From positions 102,710 through 166,709 of the forward strand of contig NZ_PKUB01000041.1 in assembly GCF_002868845.1 (NCBI RefSeq): a DNA stretch of 64,000 nt, in the 5' to 3' direction. A program made the position numbers and the translations under genes. This DNA is from Desulfuromonas sp. GTDB lineage: Bacteria; Desulfobacterota; Desulfuromonadia; Desulfuromonadales; BM501. Each line of letters starts with the position of its first letter. Position 1 is the stretch's first letter. The notes under the pieces are model-generated. The model saw nothing but the letters and a program-made list of their open reading frames with translations. It made no database searches and was not told where the DNA came from. Of the stretch, positions 1 to 10,911 are shown one piece after another.

Positions 1-285
1 GTCTCCGAACCCCACATCACCGTGTCCGGCGTCGGCCAGGTCGAGCAGACCACCTTCAACATCCAAGTGGTGGACGACTCCGGCGCCCCCATCAACGAGG
101 AGGCCTACGACGATCCGACCCTCAACAACCTGCGGGTAAGCTTCGTGACCCGGCCTTACGGCGGGGAATACCTCGCCGGCGAGGGGGTCGACGCGGAGGG
201 CGAGCGGGTAGTGGTCGACACCCGCGGCGCCGGCTCCATCGAGCTGCGCACCGTGGACGGGATGATCCCCGTCAACCTCAAGTAG
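1..285 (+). CDS. 5-prime-partial ORF: part of a beta-rich (Ig-like repeat?) surface or secreted protein, ending at TAG 283-285
   Basis: Frame 1 is open from base 1. The track ORF 22..285 is G/V/D/T-rich and looks beta-strand-like. It is in the same frame as 304..1527. Confidence 0.4.
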   Translation, partial: VSEPHITVSGVGQVEQTTFNIQVVDDSGAPINEEAYDDPTLNNLRVSFVTRPYGGEYLAGEGVDAEGERVVVDTRGAGSIELRTVDGMIPVNLK

Positions 286-303
286 GGGACCCTCCCCGGC
301 ACC

Positions 304-1527
304 GTGGAGGTCCGGGTGGAGGTCCTGGTGGACGCCGACGGCAACGCCTTGACCGACCCGGTAATTGCGAGCCTGCCCCAGGTCTCCATCTCCTCCGGCC
401 CCCCCCACACCATCGTCCTGACCAGCGCCATCACCGCATCGGTGGTCAACGAACTGGGCTGGGGCTTCTACCGGCGCCAGGGCACGGCGATGGTCACCGA
501 CCGCTACGGCAACAGCGTTCCCGACGGCACCGCCATCAACCTCGGGCTGATCGACTCGGTCATCGCCGAGGGGACCGCCTCTTCCGTTTCGGGCAGCACA
601 ATGACAGCCGGCGCCGCAACCATCGGCGCGACCATCACCCGCAACGAGACGAGCCGGGGCATCCAGGGGGGCGACCGGGTCATCCTGCGGGGAGTCCCCG
701 CCCAGGACAAGAGCCGCCACGCCGCCTCGGCCAGCGGCACCACCCTCACCGTCCAGAACGACTACTCGGGGCCCTACACCAACAAGGAATTCCTCGTCGG
801 CTCGTCCCTGCTCGGCGGCTACATCTCCGGCACGATCGAGAGGGGCAATGCGGAAACGATGACCACCGGGATCACCCTGACCCGGGACGGAGTGGCCGAC
901 ATCTTCGTCACCTACCCGGCCAACATCAACACCATCAACGTCGGCGGCGGCAACGTCCCGAACATCGACGAGCGCCACCTCCCGATAGGGTCGGCCAAGG
1001 TCTTCACCGTCGCCGCCAGCAGCGACGACAGCGCCATCACCGTCGACGAAGGGCGCTTCTGCTTCTCGCCCATCGCCGGTTTCAGCGTCGAGGCGGTCCC
1101 CGCCAAGCTGACGGATAGCGGCCAAGTCACCATGCTGGTGCGGGACGGGGGCGACACGATCCCGGTACCCTACGAGCCGGTCTCCGCCTTCGTGACCATT
1201 GACAGCCTGGGAACCTATGGTGTCTGCTCCGATTCCGCCTTTCTCGAGCAAGAGTCTTGCGAGGCGGCAGGCACCTGCAGCGACCCGACCTATGGCAACC
1301 AGACGTCCTGCGAAGAGAACGGGGGCGGGTGGACTTTGAACAATACCTGGCAGGAATTTCCCAGTCAGTTCAATGTCTCCGCCACCGGCGGCATCACCGA
1401 CGTCAACGGCTTTTTCGTTTCGACCGTGACCATTTTCGGCCGTCCCAATGTCGCCTCCGGCGACACCGCCACCGTCACCTTCGTCTCGGGGGACGGCGAG
1501 ACCACCGTCAACGTAAGAATTCCCTGA
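304..1527 (+). CDS. Beta-rich secreted/surface protein with a Cys-rich C-terminal segment; possibly a continuation of the upstream ORF
   Basis: 407-aa ORF with a GTG start and no obvious SD. T/S/G/V-rich repeats such as GTLPGTVEVRVEV resemble Ig-like adhesin folds. The C-terminal stretch CSDSAFLEQESCEAAGTCSDPTYGNQTSCEENGGGW is Cys-rich. No family was recognised. Confidence 0.5.
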   Translation: MEVRVEVLVDADGNALTDPVIASLPQVSISSGPPHTIVLTSAITASVVNELGWGFYRRQGTAMVTDRYGNSVPDGTAINLGLIDSVIAEGTASSVSGSTMTAGAATIGATITRNETSRGIQGGDRVILRGVPAQDKSRHAASASGTTLTVQNDYSGPYTNKEFLVGSSLLGGYISGTIERGNAETMTTGITLTRDGVADIFVTYPANINTINVGGGNVPNIDERHLPIGSAKVFTVAASSDDSAITVDEGRFCFSPIAGFSVEAVPAKLTDSGQVTMLVRDGGDTIPVPYEPVSAFVTIDSLGTYGVCSDSAFLEQESCEAAGTCSDPTYGNQTSCEENGGGWTLNNTWQEFPSQFNVSATGGITDVNGFFVSTVTIFGRPNVASGDTATVTFVSGDGETTVNVRIP

Positions 1528-1548
1528 TCCTTCCCCCACCAGACATGC

Positions 1549-1591
1549 AAAAAGCCCCCGCTGCGTATGTGCAGCGGGGGCTTCATTTTTT
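1549..1591. terminator. Bidirectional rho-independent terminator between convergent genes
   Basis: AAAAA + stem GCCCCCGCTGC (1554-1564) / GCAGCGGGGGC (1571-1581), 6-nt loop, then TTCATTTTTT. An A-tract on the left and a T-tract on the right flank the stem. Confidence 0.6.
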
Positions 1592-1610
1592 AAGAGCAGA
1601 CAACCCTTCC

Positions 1611-3605
1611 CTAGCGCATCGCCAGTTCCCGCCTCTCCAGCCCCAGCAACTTGTCGCGCAGCTCGGCCGCCTTCTCGAACTCCAGCTCTGCCGCGGCCTT
1701 CAGCATCTCCTTCTTGGTCCGGACGATCTCCTTTTTCAGCTGGTCCGGGGTGCGGTATTCTTCCTCGCCCTCGGCCACCAGGGGCAGCTCCACGTAATCC
1801 TTCTCGGCGATGTCCTCGAGAATGGATCGCAAGCTCTTCTTCACCGTTTCGGGGGTGATGCCGTGCTCCGCGTTGTAGGCGAACTGGACTTTCCGGCGCC
1901 GCTCGGTCTCGTCGAGGCACTTCTGCATGGAACGCGTGACCTTGTCGGCGTACATGATCACCCGGCCGTCGACGTTGCGGGCGGCGCGCCCGCAGGTCTG
2001 GATGAGTGAGCGCTCCGAGCGCAGGAACCCTTCCTTGTCGGCGTCGAGGATCGCCACCAGGGAGACCTCGGGAAGGTCGAGGCCCTCGCGCAGCAGGTTG
2101 ATCCCGACGAGAACGTCGAAGACCCCCTTGCGCAGGTCGCGCAGGATCTCCATGCGCTCCACGGTCTTGATGTCCGAGTGGAGATAGCGGACCCGGATGC
2201 CGAGTTCCTCCAGGTAACCCGTGAGGTCCTCGGCCATGCGCTTGGTCAGGGTGGTGACGAGCACCCGGTCCCCCTTCTCCACGGTGGCTCGGAGTTCGTG
2301 AATCAGGTCATCGACCTGCTCGGAGGCCGGCCTCACCTAGATCGGGGGGTCGACCAGCCCGGTCGGGCGGACGATCTGCTCGACGATGACCCCTCCTGCC
2401 TTCTCCAGTTCGTAGTCGGCCGGGGTGGCGGAGACGTAGAGGGTCTGCAGTCCCTTGCCCTCGAACTCGCCGAAAGTCATGGGGCGGTTGTCAAGAGCCG
2501 AGGGAAGACGGAAGCCGTACTCGACGAGGGTCGATTTTCGCGACCGGTCGCCCCGATACATGGCCCCGACCTGGCTGACGGAGACGTGACTCTCGTCGAT
2601 AAAGAGCAGGGCGTCCTCGGGGAAGTAGTCGAAGAGGGTCGCCGGGGCCTCGCCGGGTTTTCTCCCGTCGAGGAACCGGGAGTAGTTCTCGATGCCCTGG
2701 CAGTAGCCCATCTCCTCCATCATCTCGATGTCGAAGAGGGTGCGCTGCTCGATGCGCTGGGCCTCGAGGAGTTTGTTCTGGGCGCGGAAGTGCTGAATCC
2801 GCTCCCGCAGCTCCTCCTGGATCTCGCCGATGGCCCGGTCGAGGGTGGGACGGGTCGCCACGTAGTGGCTGGCGGGGAAGATCGCGGTTCGGGGGATGCG
2901 GTCGAGGACGGCACCGCGCAGGGGGTCGATCTCTGAGAGGGCCTCGACCTCGTCGCCGAAAAACTCGACCCGGATCGCCCGCTTCTCTTCGTAGGCGGGA
3001 AAGATCTCCACGGTGTCGCCCCGCACCCGGAAGGAGCCGCGGTGAAAGTCGACGTCGTTGCGCTCGTACTGGATTTCCACCAGGCGCTTCAGCAGCTTGT
3101 CCCGTTCCAGCTCCATCCCCTCCTCGAGCTGCACCAGCATGCCGTAGTAGGCCTCCGGCGAGCCGAGGCCGTAGATGCAGGAGACCGAAGCGACGATGAT
3201 CACGTCATGCCGGGAGAGGAGGGATCGGGTGGCGCTGTGGCGCAGCTTGTCGATCTCCTCGTTGATGGAGGAGTCCTTTTCGATAAAGGTGTCGGTGACA
3301 GCGACGTAGGCCTCGGGCTGATAATAGTCGTAGTAGGAGACGAAGTACTCCACCGCGTTGTCGGGAAAGAGTTCCTTGAACTCCCCGTAGAGCTGGGCGG
3401 CGAGGGTCTTGTTGTGGGCCAGAACGAGGGTCGGCCGCTGCACCCCCTCGATGACGTTGGCCATGGTGAAGGTCTTGCCGCTGCCGGTGACCCCGAGCAG
3501 CACCTGGTGCTTGTCGCCCCGTTCGATGCCGGCGGCGATCTCCTCGATGGCCCGGGGCTGGTCCCCGCGGGGCTGGTAGTCGGATTTCAGGACGAATTTG
3601 GCCAT
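1611..3605 (-). pseudogene. uvrB: Excinuclease ABC subunit B (UvrB) interrupted by one in-frame TAG at 2337-2339
   Basis: N-terminal ORF 2337..3605 ([10 protein letters not shown] Walker A) and C-terminal ORF 1611..2336 (helicase C domain, UVR motif [14 protein letters not shown]) are contiguous and in frame. The junction reads [20 protein letters not shown], where UvrB orthologs have Glu. The total of about 664 codons is a normal UvrB length. Confidence 0.9.
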
Positions 3606-3765
3606 ACAAGTACCCGTTGAAGCGCCGCGTCACGGAAAAGGCGGGGGAAAATCAAACCTATTGTAACCCGATAAAAAAGGAGCGCGGAATATTTCTTCCA
3701 CGCCCCTTCTTGTCATTGCAGGCCAGCCCTGTTTTTGCCTCTCTCGGTGTCTCGGAGGCAAATAT

Positions 3766-5211
3766 TTATTTCACCTTCCAGTCGGTCCCCCCGGGGCTGT
3801 CGAGGAGTTCGATCCCCCTGGCCGCCAGTCCGTCGCGAATTTCGTCGGAGCGGGCAAAATCCTTCTCCCCGCGGGCCTGCAGGCGCTCGGCGATGAGGGC
3901 GTCGATCTCCTCCGCGGTGACGTCGAGGGACTCCAGAGCGGCGAACTTCTGCTTCTGAAGCCACCCGGCGGGGTCGGAAAGGAATATGCCGAGGACGGCG
4001 CCGAGGCGCAGCAGGGCGTCGTGCAGGTCGCGCACAGCGGAGACAAGGTCCGGTTTTTTGCGGAACTTCTTGGTGGCGGCGATGCGGTTCATGGCGCGCA
4101 CCCCCTCGAAGAGGTGACCAATGGCCAGAGCGGTGTTGAAGTCGTCGTCCATCGCCTCGCGGAACTTCGCCTCGAGCCGGGCCCCCTCGTCCGAGGTCGC
4201 CTCCCCCTCCGGGCAGCCGTCAACGGCCGCGGCGGCGGTCTGCAGCCCCTCGTAGAAGCGGCTCAGTCCCTGCCGGGCTTCCTTGAGATTCTGGTCGGAG
4301 AAGTCGATGGGGGAGCGGTAGTGGGCCGAGAGGATGAAGAAACGCACGATCTCGGGGTCGAATTTCTGGAGGATGTCTCGGATGGTGAAGAAGTTGCCCA
4401 AAGACTTGCTCATCTTCTCCTGGTTGACGTTGACGAAGCCGTTGTGCATCCAGTACTTGACGAAGGGTTTGTCGTTGGCCCCCTCGCTCTGGGCGATCTC
4501 GTTCTCGTGGTGAGGAAAGACGAGGTCCTTGCCGCCGCCGTGGATATCGAAGGATGCGCCGAGGTACTTCATGCTCATGGCCGAGCACTCGATGTGCCAC
4601 CCGGGGCGCCCCGACCCCCAGGGGGACTCCCAGGCTGGCTCGCCGGGCTTGGCCCCCTTCCAGAGGGCGAAGTCCATGGGGTTGCGCTTCTGCTCCCCGG
4701 GGGCGATGCGGGCTCCGGCCTGCATCTCCTCCATGTTGCGCCCGCTGAGCTTCAGGTAGCCGGGGAAGCTGTCCACTGCGTAGTAGACGTCTCCCCCAGA
4801 GGCGTAGGCCAGCCCCTTGTCGATGAGCTTTTCGATGATGGCGAGGATCTCCGGGATGTGCTCAGTCGCCTTCGGCTGGTGGGTCGGCAGGTCGAGGCCG
4901 AGGGCCGCCATGTCCTTGTCGAAGGCCCGGATGAACTCTTCGGCGAGTTCTCGGCTGTCGATGCCACGCTCGTTGGCCCGGTTGATAATCTTGTCGTCCA
5001 CGTCCGTGTAGTTGCGCACGTAGTTGACCTCGTAACCGGCATACCGAAGGTAGCGGTAGATGATGTCAAAGACGATGTTGGCCCGGGCATGGCCGATGTG
5101 ACAGTAATCGTAGACGGTCACGCCGCACACGTACATGCCCACCTTGCCGGGCTGCAGGGGGCGGAACTCTTCCTTCTGGCGGGTCAGGGTATTGAAAAGG
5201 CGCAGGCTCAT
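3766..5211 (-). CDS. cysS: Cysteinyl-tRNA synthetase
   Basis: 481 aa. HIGH motif (CHIGHARA), KMSKS motif (KMSKSLGNF), and a typical CysRS N-terminus [16 protein letters not shown]. Confidence 0.95.
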   Translation of the reverse strand: MSLRLFNTLTRQKEEFRPLQPGKVGMYVCGVTVYDYCHIGHARANIVFDIIYRYLRYAGYEVNYVRNYTDVDDKIINRANERGIDSRELAEEFIRAFDKDMAALGLDLPTHQPKATEHIPEILAIIEKLIDKGLAYASGGDVYYAVDSFPGYLKLSGRNMEEMQAGARIAPGEQKRNPMDFALWKGAKPGEPAWESPWGSGRPGWHIECSAMSMKYLGASFDIHGGGKDLVFPHHENEIAQSEGANDKPFVKYWMHNGFVNVNQEKMSKSLGNFFTIRDILQKFDPEIVRFFILSAHYRSPIDFSDQNLKEARQGLSRFYEGLQTAAAAVDGCPEGEATSDEGARLEAKFREAMDDDFNTALAIGHLFEGVRAMNRIAATKKFRKKPDLVSAVRDLHDALLRLGAVLGIFLSDPAGWLQKQKFAALESLDVTAEEIDALIAERLQARGEKDFARSDEIRDGLAARGIELLDSPGGTDWKVK

Positions 5212-5300
5212 GGCTCTAAACGTTCTCCTCGGGGTGCGGTTTCGGGAGGTGGCCGGTTACGGCCTTTTTAATAACACAGTTGGCGGGGCATGAAAAGACT

Positions 5301-6341
5301 TCAGGCGGAGGGCCCGGCCCCCAGCCGCGCGGCGATCGCTGCGGGAATTTCGCCCAAGGGCAGGACCTGGTGGGCAGCCCCCAGGTCGATGGCGGCCTTG
5401 GGCATGCCGAAGACGGTGCTCGTGGCCTCATCCTGGACGATATTGTATCCGCCCCCCCGCTGCAGAGAGGCCATTCCCTCTCCGCCGTCGCGGCCCATCC
5501 CGGAGAGGAGAACCGCCACGGTCCGCGGGGCCAGTTGCTCCCGGGCCAGGGAGGAAAAAAGCGTGTCCACCGAGGGGCGGCAGCTGTGGACCGGGGGGCC
5601 GTCCGAGAGGGCAATGCGCTCGCTGCGCACCTCCATGTGCAGGTGGTTGGGAGCCACCAGGACGGCCCCCTCCTCCAGAACATCCCCCTCGCGGGCCAGG
5701 CGCACGGAAAAGGGACTCTCCCGGTCGAGCCACTCGGCAAAGCCGGCGGCAAAACCCCGTGCGATGTGTTGAACGATAAGGATCCGGACCCCGGTCCGGC
5801 GGGGCAGTTCTTGCAGCAGGTGCATGACCCCTCTCGGCCCGCCGGTGGAGGCGCCGATGGCGAGGATGTCCCTCGGCCCGCCGGGAGGGGGTGGCAGGGG
5901 AGCAGCCTTCATGCCGGGCCGTTTGCGGAAATGGTGCATGACCCGGATTCGGGCCAGGATTTTGACCTTTTCGACGAGGCGGGCGGCAATCTCCTCGAAG
6001 GCCTCGGTCACCACCCCCCGGGGCTTTTCCATGACATCCAGGGCCCCGTGCTGGATGGCGCTGAAGGCACTGCGGCTGTCGTTGGGGTCGACGTTGGAAG
6101 AGAGGACGAGGATAGGGATGGGACAGCGGGCCATGATCTCCACCACCGCATCGATCCCGTCCATGACCGGCATCATGATATCCATAATGACCAGGTCCGG
6201 GCGCAGCCGGCAGGCCTCATCCACAGCCTGGCGGCCGTCGCGCGCCTCTCCGATCACCCGGATGCCGGGGTCACGGCCGAGCAGGTCCTTGAGAACCAGG
6301 CGGACCAGCATGGAGTCGTCTGCGATGAGGACCTTGACCAT
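5301..6341 (-). CDS. cheB: Chemotaxis response regulator protein-glutamate methylesterase CheB
   Basis: REC domain (MVKVLIADDS..DLVIMDIMMPVMDG) followed by a methylesterase domain (IGASTGGP, GMGRDG). The ATG at 6341 is preceded by AGGAAAA. The longer track ORF to 6476 is probably an upstream extension. Confidence 0.9.
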   Translation of the reverse strand: MVKVLIADDSMLVRLVLKDLLGRDPGIRVIGEARDGRQAVDEACRLRPDLVIMDIMMPVMDGIDAVVEIMARCPIPILVLSSNVDPNDSRSAFSAIQHGALDVMEKPRGVVTEAFEEIAARLVEKVKILARIRVMHHFRKRPGMKAAPLPPPPGGPRDILAIGASTGGPRGVMHLLQELPRRTGVRILIVQHIARGFAAGFAEWLDRESPFSVRLAREGDVLEEGAVLVAPNHLHMEVRSERIALSDGPPVHSCRPSVDTLFSSLAREQLAPRTVAVLLSGMGRDGGEGMASLQRGGGYNIVQDEATSTVFGMPKAAIDLGAAHQVLPLGEIPAAIAARLGAGPSA

Positions 6342-6372
6342 TTTTCCTACCCTCTTCAAGAGAGTTACGCCC

Positions 6373-8478
6373 TCACCCGATGAGGGTCTCAACCGTCTGC
6401 AGCAGGGTGCCCTGATCGAAGCTTCCCTTGACGATGTACGCCTGAGCGCCGACCTCGATCCCCATGCGGCGGTCATCGTCGGAAGCCCGCGAAGTGACTA
6501 TGATCACCGGCACCTCGGCGTAATTCTGGAGCTCCCGCAACCTGCGGGTCAGCTCGAAACCGTCGATGCCGGGCATCTCGACATCGGTCACCACGAGGTC
6601 GAATTCGGCTCCGGCGACCTTGGCCAGGGCCTCCTCGCCCGAGATGGCCACGGTCACGTCGTAGCCCTGGGTCTGCAGAATGTTCTTCTCCATGGTCCGG
6701 GTGGTGATGGAATCGTCCACCACCAGAACCCGTCCCCGAAGGGCCTCCTCCCGGGTGGCGGCGAATTCCTGGCGCAGCCGCGTCCCCTTGCCGGCCAGAC
6801 CGACCCCGAACAGGTCGGGAATGGAGAGGATCAGGGCCGGGGAGCCGTCCCCCAGGATGGTCGCCCCGGAGAAGAACTCGACGCTTTTGAGCTGCTGACC
6901 CATCCCCTTGACCACGAGGTCCTGGACACCGCCGGAGCGGGAGATCAGGCACGCCAGCTGCTGCTCGCGAAAGCTCAGGACGAGAACCGTCACGGTCCCT
7001 CCCAGGCCGCCCCCCTGGCGCCGGGGCAGGCCGAGAATGTCCCCCAGCGAAAGAAGGGGCAGGGTCGCCCCCCGCACCCGGACCACCTCCCGCCCTCCCT
7101 CGGTGAGGATGTCCCCCTCGGACAGGCGCAGAATCTCCGAAATGTAGTGCAGGGGAATTGCGAATGTCTCTCCCTCGCACTCCACCACGAGCCCGGCGAT
7201 CACCGCCAGGGTGAGAGGCACCTGCAGAAACATCTCGGTCCCCTCGCCGGGCGCGGAATGAATCACCAGGTTCCCCTTCACCCGGTCGATATTGGTCTTG
7301 ACCACATCCATGCCGACGCCGCGGCCGGACACGTCCGTGATGATGGTCCGGGTGGTGAACCCGGGACGCAGGATCAGGTAGACCGCCTCTTCGTCGGAAA
7401 GGCCGCGGGCCTCTTCCGCGGTGATCAGGCGGCGCTCCACCGCCACCTCGCGGATCCGCTCCGGATCGATCCCCTGCCCGTCGTCCTTGAGAGTCAGATG
7501 CACGAAGCCCCCCTCGTAACGGGCGGCCAGCTCCACCCGGCCCCGCTCAGGCTTCCCGGCCAGGACGCGATCCTCGGGGACTTCGATGCCGTGGTCCACG
7601 GCATTGCGCAACATGTGAAGGAACATGGGCTTGGCCGCCTCGAGGATGGTCCGGTCGAGCTCCACCTGCTCCCCCCGAACCAGCAGCTCCACCTCTTTGC
7701 CCTGGTCCCTGGCCAGGTCCCGAACCGCCCGCTGCATCTCGTCGGTGATACTCTCCAGGGGGACCATGCGCAGCTGCATGGCTCCGCCGTGCAGCTCCTC
7801 GGCGAGATAGCCCAGGTCGAGGGTATCCCCCTCCAGGTCGAGGGACAGGCGCTGAAAGTCGTCGAGGATGCCCTTCAGCTGACGGTATTTTTCGGCCTTG
7901 CGAAGCCCTCCGAGAAACCCGTCCAGCCGTCCGAGCAGCTGCCCCAGCTGCCGACCCCGCTCACCGAAGGAGCGGCGGACGATGAGGGTCTCCCCGAGCA
8001 GGTTGAACATCCGGTCGAGCTGGGCCACGCTGGTGCGCACGCTCTCCCCCGTCGTCCGCGCCTCCGGTTCGGTGGCGGCCGGGGCCGGCGGCGCAACCTT
8101 CTGCATCACGCCCGTCTCCAGCCCCTCCAGGACCGCGTCGACGTTGACCGCCACCTCCCCGCCCGAATGGGCCTGGGCGACGAGGGCCTCCAGGGCGTCG
8201 GTGGAGACGAGGAGCAGGTCGGCCAGCTCCGGAGAAACTGGACGGCGGCCCTCCTCGAGGTCCTTCAGCAGGCTCTCCATCTGATGGGCGACCCGGGCAA
8301 GGTCCCCCAGGTCGAGCATTCGCGCCGACCCCTTCAGGGTATGGGCGCTGCGCAGCAGCTCGTGTACCTGTTCCCGGGAGAACTCCTCCTGTTCCAGAAC
8401 GAGAACCCCCCGGCGCAGCACCTGGAGGTGCTCCTCCGCCTCCCGGGCGAAGATCTCCATGAACTTCTTGGTCTTCAC
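6373..8478 (-). CDS. cheA: Chemotaxis histidine kinase CheA with a C-terminal receiver domain
   Basis: Hpt motif (AHTLKGSARML), HATPase region (GRGVGMDVV), a CheW-like domain, and a C-terminal REC (RVLVVDDSITTR..DLVVTDVEMPGIDG). GTG start at 8478; alternative ATG at 8460. Confidence 0.9.
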   Translation of the reverse strand: MKTKKFMEIFAREAEEHLQVLRRGVLVLEQEEFSREQVHELLRSAHTLKGSARMLDLGDLARVAHQMESLLKDLEEGRRPVSPELADLLLVSTDALEALVAQAHSGGEVAVNVDAVLEGLETGVMQKVAPPAPAATEPEARTTGESVRTSVAQLDRMFNLLGETLIVRRSFGERGRQLGQLLGRLDGFLGGLRKAEKYRQLKGILDDFQRLSLDLEGDTLDLGYLAEELHGGAMQLRMVPLESITDEMQRAVRDLARDQGKEVELLVRGEQVELDRTILEAAKPMFLHMLRNAVDHGIEVPEDRVLAGKPERGRVELAARYEGGFVHLTLKDDGQGIDPERIREVAVERRLITAEEARGLSDEEAVYLILRPGFTTRTIITDVSGRGVGMDVVKTNIDRVKGNLVIHSAPGEGTEMFLQVPLTLAVIAGLVVECEGETFAIPLHYISEILRLSEGDILTEGGREVVRVRGATLPLLSLGDILGLPRRQGGGLGGTVTVLVLSFREQQLACLISRSGGVQDLVVKGMGQQLKSVEFFSGATILGDGSPALILSIPDLFGVGLAGKGTRLRQEFAATREEALRGRVLVVDDSITTRTMEKNILQTQGYDVTVAISGEEALAKVAGAEFDLVVTDVEMPGIDGFELTRRLRELQNYAEVPVIIVTSRASDDDRRMGIEVGAQAYIVKGSFDQGTLLQTVETLIG

Positions 8479-8479
8479 C

Positions 8480-10258
8480 CTAGTCCTCTTCCTCTACCAA
8501 CTCCTTGAGGCGCTCGGCCAGGCTGGTCAGCTCGGTAATGGCCTGAGTCGTCTCCTGGGCGCTGGCCGCGACCTGGGTGGCCACGTCGCGCACCTCGGCG
8601 ACGGTCTCGGCCATCTGCTCGCTGGCGGTGGTCTGCTGCTGGGTGGAGAGCTTGATCTCCCGGGCGGCGTTTGTGGTCTCCTCGACCATCTGGGTGATAT
8701 TGGAGAGCTCCTCGGAAATGCGCGCCACCAGGGTGCTGGCGGCATCGGCCCCCTTGGTCCCCTCCTCGGTCAGCATGATGGTGGAGTTGGTGGCCTTCTG
8801 GATCTGATCGATGAGCCCCTTGATCTGACCGGTGGCATCGACGGTCCTCTCGGCGAGGCGCTTGACCTCGTTGGCGACGATGGAGAAGCGCTTGCCGGCC
8901 TCCCCCGCCCCGGCCGCCTCGATAGCGGCATTGAGGGCGAGCAGGTTGGTCTGGTCGGAGATCTCGTCGATGATGTCGACGATCCCTCCGATCTTCTGGG
9001 AGTTCTCCCCGAGTTCGAGCATCGACTCGGCGATGGACTGGACCTTGGTCTTCATCTGGCCCATCCCGTCGATGGCGTTGTCCACGGCCTGCATGCCGTT
9101 GCTGCCGGCCGAGCTGGCCATCTCGGCCTGGGCCTCGACCCGGCGGGCGTTCTCCGCCACCTGCTTTGCGGTGACCGCGATCTCTTCTGACGTGGTGGTG
9201 GCCTCCTGGACGGCGGAGGCCTGCTGGGTCGCCCCGGAGGCCTGCTGAGCGGAGATGGCCATGATCTCGTTGGCGCTGGAGGAAAGCTGCTGGATGGCCT
9301 CCTTGACGCTTTGAACGAGGCGATTGCTCTTCTCGATCTCGCTCTTCAGGTTCTTGACGATGACCTGGGTCATCTTGTTGAAGGCGCTGGCCAGCTTGCC
9401 GATCTCGTCGTTGGACTCGATGGCGATGGTCTCGTCCAGATTGCCCTCGGCGATGGTCTCGGCGACCGCCGTCACCCTCTTCAGGGGCAGGGTGATGCGC
9501 AAAACCACCAGGTAGATGGTCAGCGAGGCGACCACCAGAAGAAGAAGCATGGACAGCCCGACGGTGTTGCGCAGCTCGGCGATGGTCTCCTCGGTCTCCT
9601 GGATGGAGAAGCCGATCCGGAAACCGCCCCAGTGCTCGCCCTTGACTAAGACCGGCGCGGTGATGTCCCACATGGTCTCCCCGGTGTCGCGCGTGTAAAC
9701 CTGGCGCAGGATCTTGTTGCCGTCGCCACCGTCGTAGCGGGCGGCGGCCAGGCCGGTCTGGTCGTTGAAGATGCGCTTGGTCCGGTTCCAGTCCCGGTCC
9801 TGGTCGGGGTTGCCGGTCAGGGCCCGGGAATAGCGGGAGTTGTGGGTGGGCAGGTAGCCGTTGCGGTCCACCAGGACTGCAAAGGAGACCATGCTGTCCT
9901 CCTCGAGCAAGGTGTCCTGGATGGAAAGGATCTTTTCGTCCAGAAATCGGTCGTAGGCGGTGTGGTATTTGGGGATGTCGGAGCCGGCCAGCGCCCCCTC
10001 GGTGATCTTCCGGTAGTCGGCATCGAAGATCTGCTCCCGGGTGAATCGCCCGCTGTCGATGGCGTCCACCAGGAGGGTCTCCATGCTCTCGGCACCGACC
10101 AGCGCGATGGTCCGGGCCTTGGTCAGCATCAGCTCCTTGAGGGCTTCGGCGCGCCGTTCTGTGAAGAAGTAGGTGAACAGGCCCATGAGCAGCGCCAGAA
10201 CGACAATGAGTGAGACGCTGATCTTTACCGAAATGCGGTCCGTGATCCAACTGAACAT
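8480..10258 (-). CDS. Methyl-accepting chemotaxis protein (two TM segments, periplasmic sensor, HAMP, signalling domain)
   Basis: Conserved MCP hairpin tip [32 protein letters not shown], a HAMP segment ([24 protein letters not shown]), and two hydrophobic TM segments. The ATG at 10258 follows a GGGGG SD. Confidence 0.9.
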   Translation of the reverse strand: MFSWITDRISVKISVSLIVVLALLMGLFTYFFTERRAEALKELMLTKARTIALVGAESMETLLVDAIDSGRFTREQIFDADYRKITEGALAGSDIPKYHTAYDRFLDEKILSIQDTLLEEDSMVSFAVLVDRNGYLPTHNSRYSRALTGNPDQDRDWNRTKRIFNDQTGLAAARYDGGDGNKILRQVYTRDTGETMWDITAPVLVKGEHWGGFRIGFSIQETEETIAELRNTVGLSMLLLLVVASLTIYLVVLRITLPLKRVTAVAETIAEGNLDETIAIESNDEIGKLASAFNKMTQVIVKNLKSEIEKSNRLVQSVKEAIQQLSSSANEIMAISAQQASGATQQASAVQEATTTSEEIAVTAKQVAENARRVEAQAEMASSAGSNGMQAVDNAIDGMGQMKTKVQSIAESMLELGENSQKIGGIVDIIDEISDQTNLLALNAAIEAAGAGEAGKRFSIVANEVKRLAERTVDATGQIKGLIDQIQKATNSTIMLTEEGTKGADAASTLVARISEELSNITQMVEETTNAAREIKLSTQQQTTASEQMAETVAEVRDVATQVAASAQETTQAITELTSLAERLKELVEEED

Positions 10259-10341
10259 GCCAACCCCCTTTGAATGTATATGGTCACTATCCATGCCCCC
10301 CTGCCCGGGCCTGCCGCGCGCGAGGGGAAAATATATCCCCG

Positions 10342-10890
10342 CTACTCCCCCTTCTGATCGACCACGAACTCGGGCCGGGCGAGAATATGCTCCATGTTCA
10401 GGAGGATCAGAAGACCGTCTTCGCCGCCCACCTGCCCCTCCACGGCCTCGCGGGGAAAGCCCGCAAGCCCCTCGGTGGGGGGCTCGACGGCCTCGACCTC
10501 GATTCCTCGAATCCCCTCCACCATCTCCACCAGCAGTGCGGTGGTCAACCCTGCAGCCTCCACCACGACCAGGCGCCCCCCGGCGGGAAGCTCCCGCCCT
10601 TTCAGGCCGAACAGCGGCCGCAGGTCGGTGACCGCCACGATCTGCCCGCGCAGGTTGACGACCCCCCGGATGTACTCGCCGACCCGCGGCACCGGAACAA
10701 GGCGCGGCATCCGCACCACTTCCCGGGCCACCGCCGAGGGCAGGCCGTAGCGTTCGCCGCCCAGGCGGAAGACGACATAGTCCCGGGTCTCGGCGACCCT
10801 GCTCTCAGAGGCCTCTTCGATGCCGCGCCAATACTCCTGGCGCATCTCGCGGAGCACATGCCCGATTTCGTAGCCTTTTCGCTCATCCAT
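10342..10890 (-). CDS. cheW: Chemotaxis coupling protein CheW
   Basis: 182 aa. CheW-like core [40 protein letters not shown]. Confidence 0.9.
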   Translation of the reverse strand: MDERKGYEIGHVLREMRQEYWRGIEEASESRVAETRDYVVFRLGGERYGLPSAVAREVVRMPRLVPVPRVGEYIRGVVNLRGQIVAVTDLRPLFGLKGRELPAGGRLVVVEAAGLTTALLVEMVEGIRGIEVEAVEPPTEGLAGFPREAVEGQVGGEDGLLILLNMEHILARPEFVVDQKGE

Positions 10891-10911
10891 GAGATTCCCC
10901 TTCTCCGTCCG

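Noticed and set aside
2337-2339. Whether the in-frame TAGs (283-285 and 2337-2339) indicate amber recoding such as pyrrolysine or a reassigned stop.
   Set aside because: TAG is used as the genuine terminator of neighbouring conserved genes (uvrB itself, the MCP, cheW, int). The uvrB position is a conserved Glu. No pyl genes or suppressor tRNA are visible in the window. A nonsense mutation or a sequence error is more parsimonious.
5824-8508. 894-aa plus-strand ORF, and similar giants: 11644..15183 (1179 aa), 33393..36371 (992 aa), 20957..22762 (601 aa), 8475..10250 (591 aa).
   Set aside because: All lie antisense to, or out of frame within, well-conserved genes (cheA/cheB, glnS/cheR, the activase, dnaK, the MCP). 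Their translations are low-complexity R/G/P/A/H-rich strings typical of shadow ORFs in GC-rich DNA.
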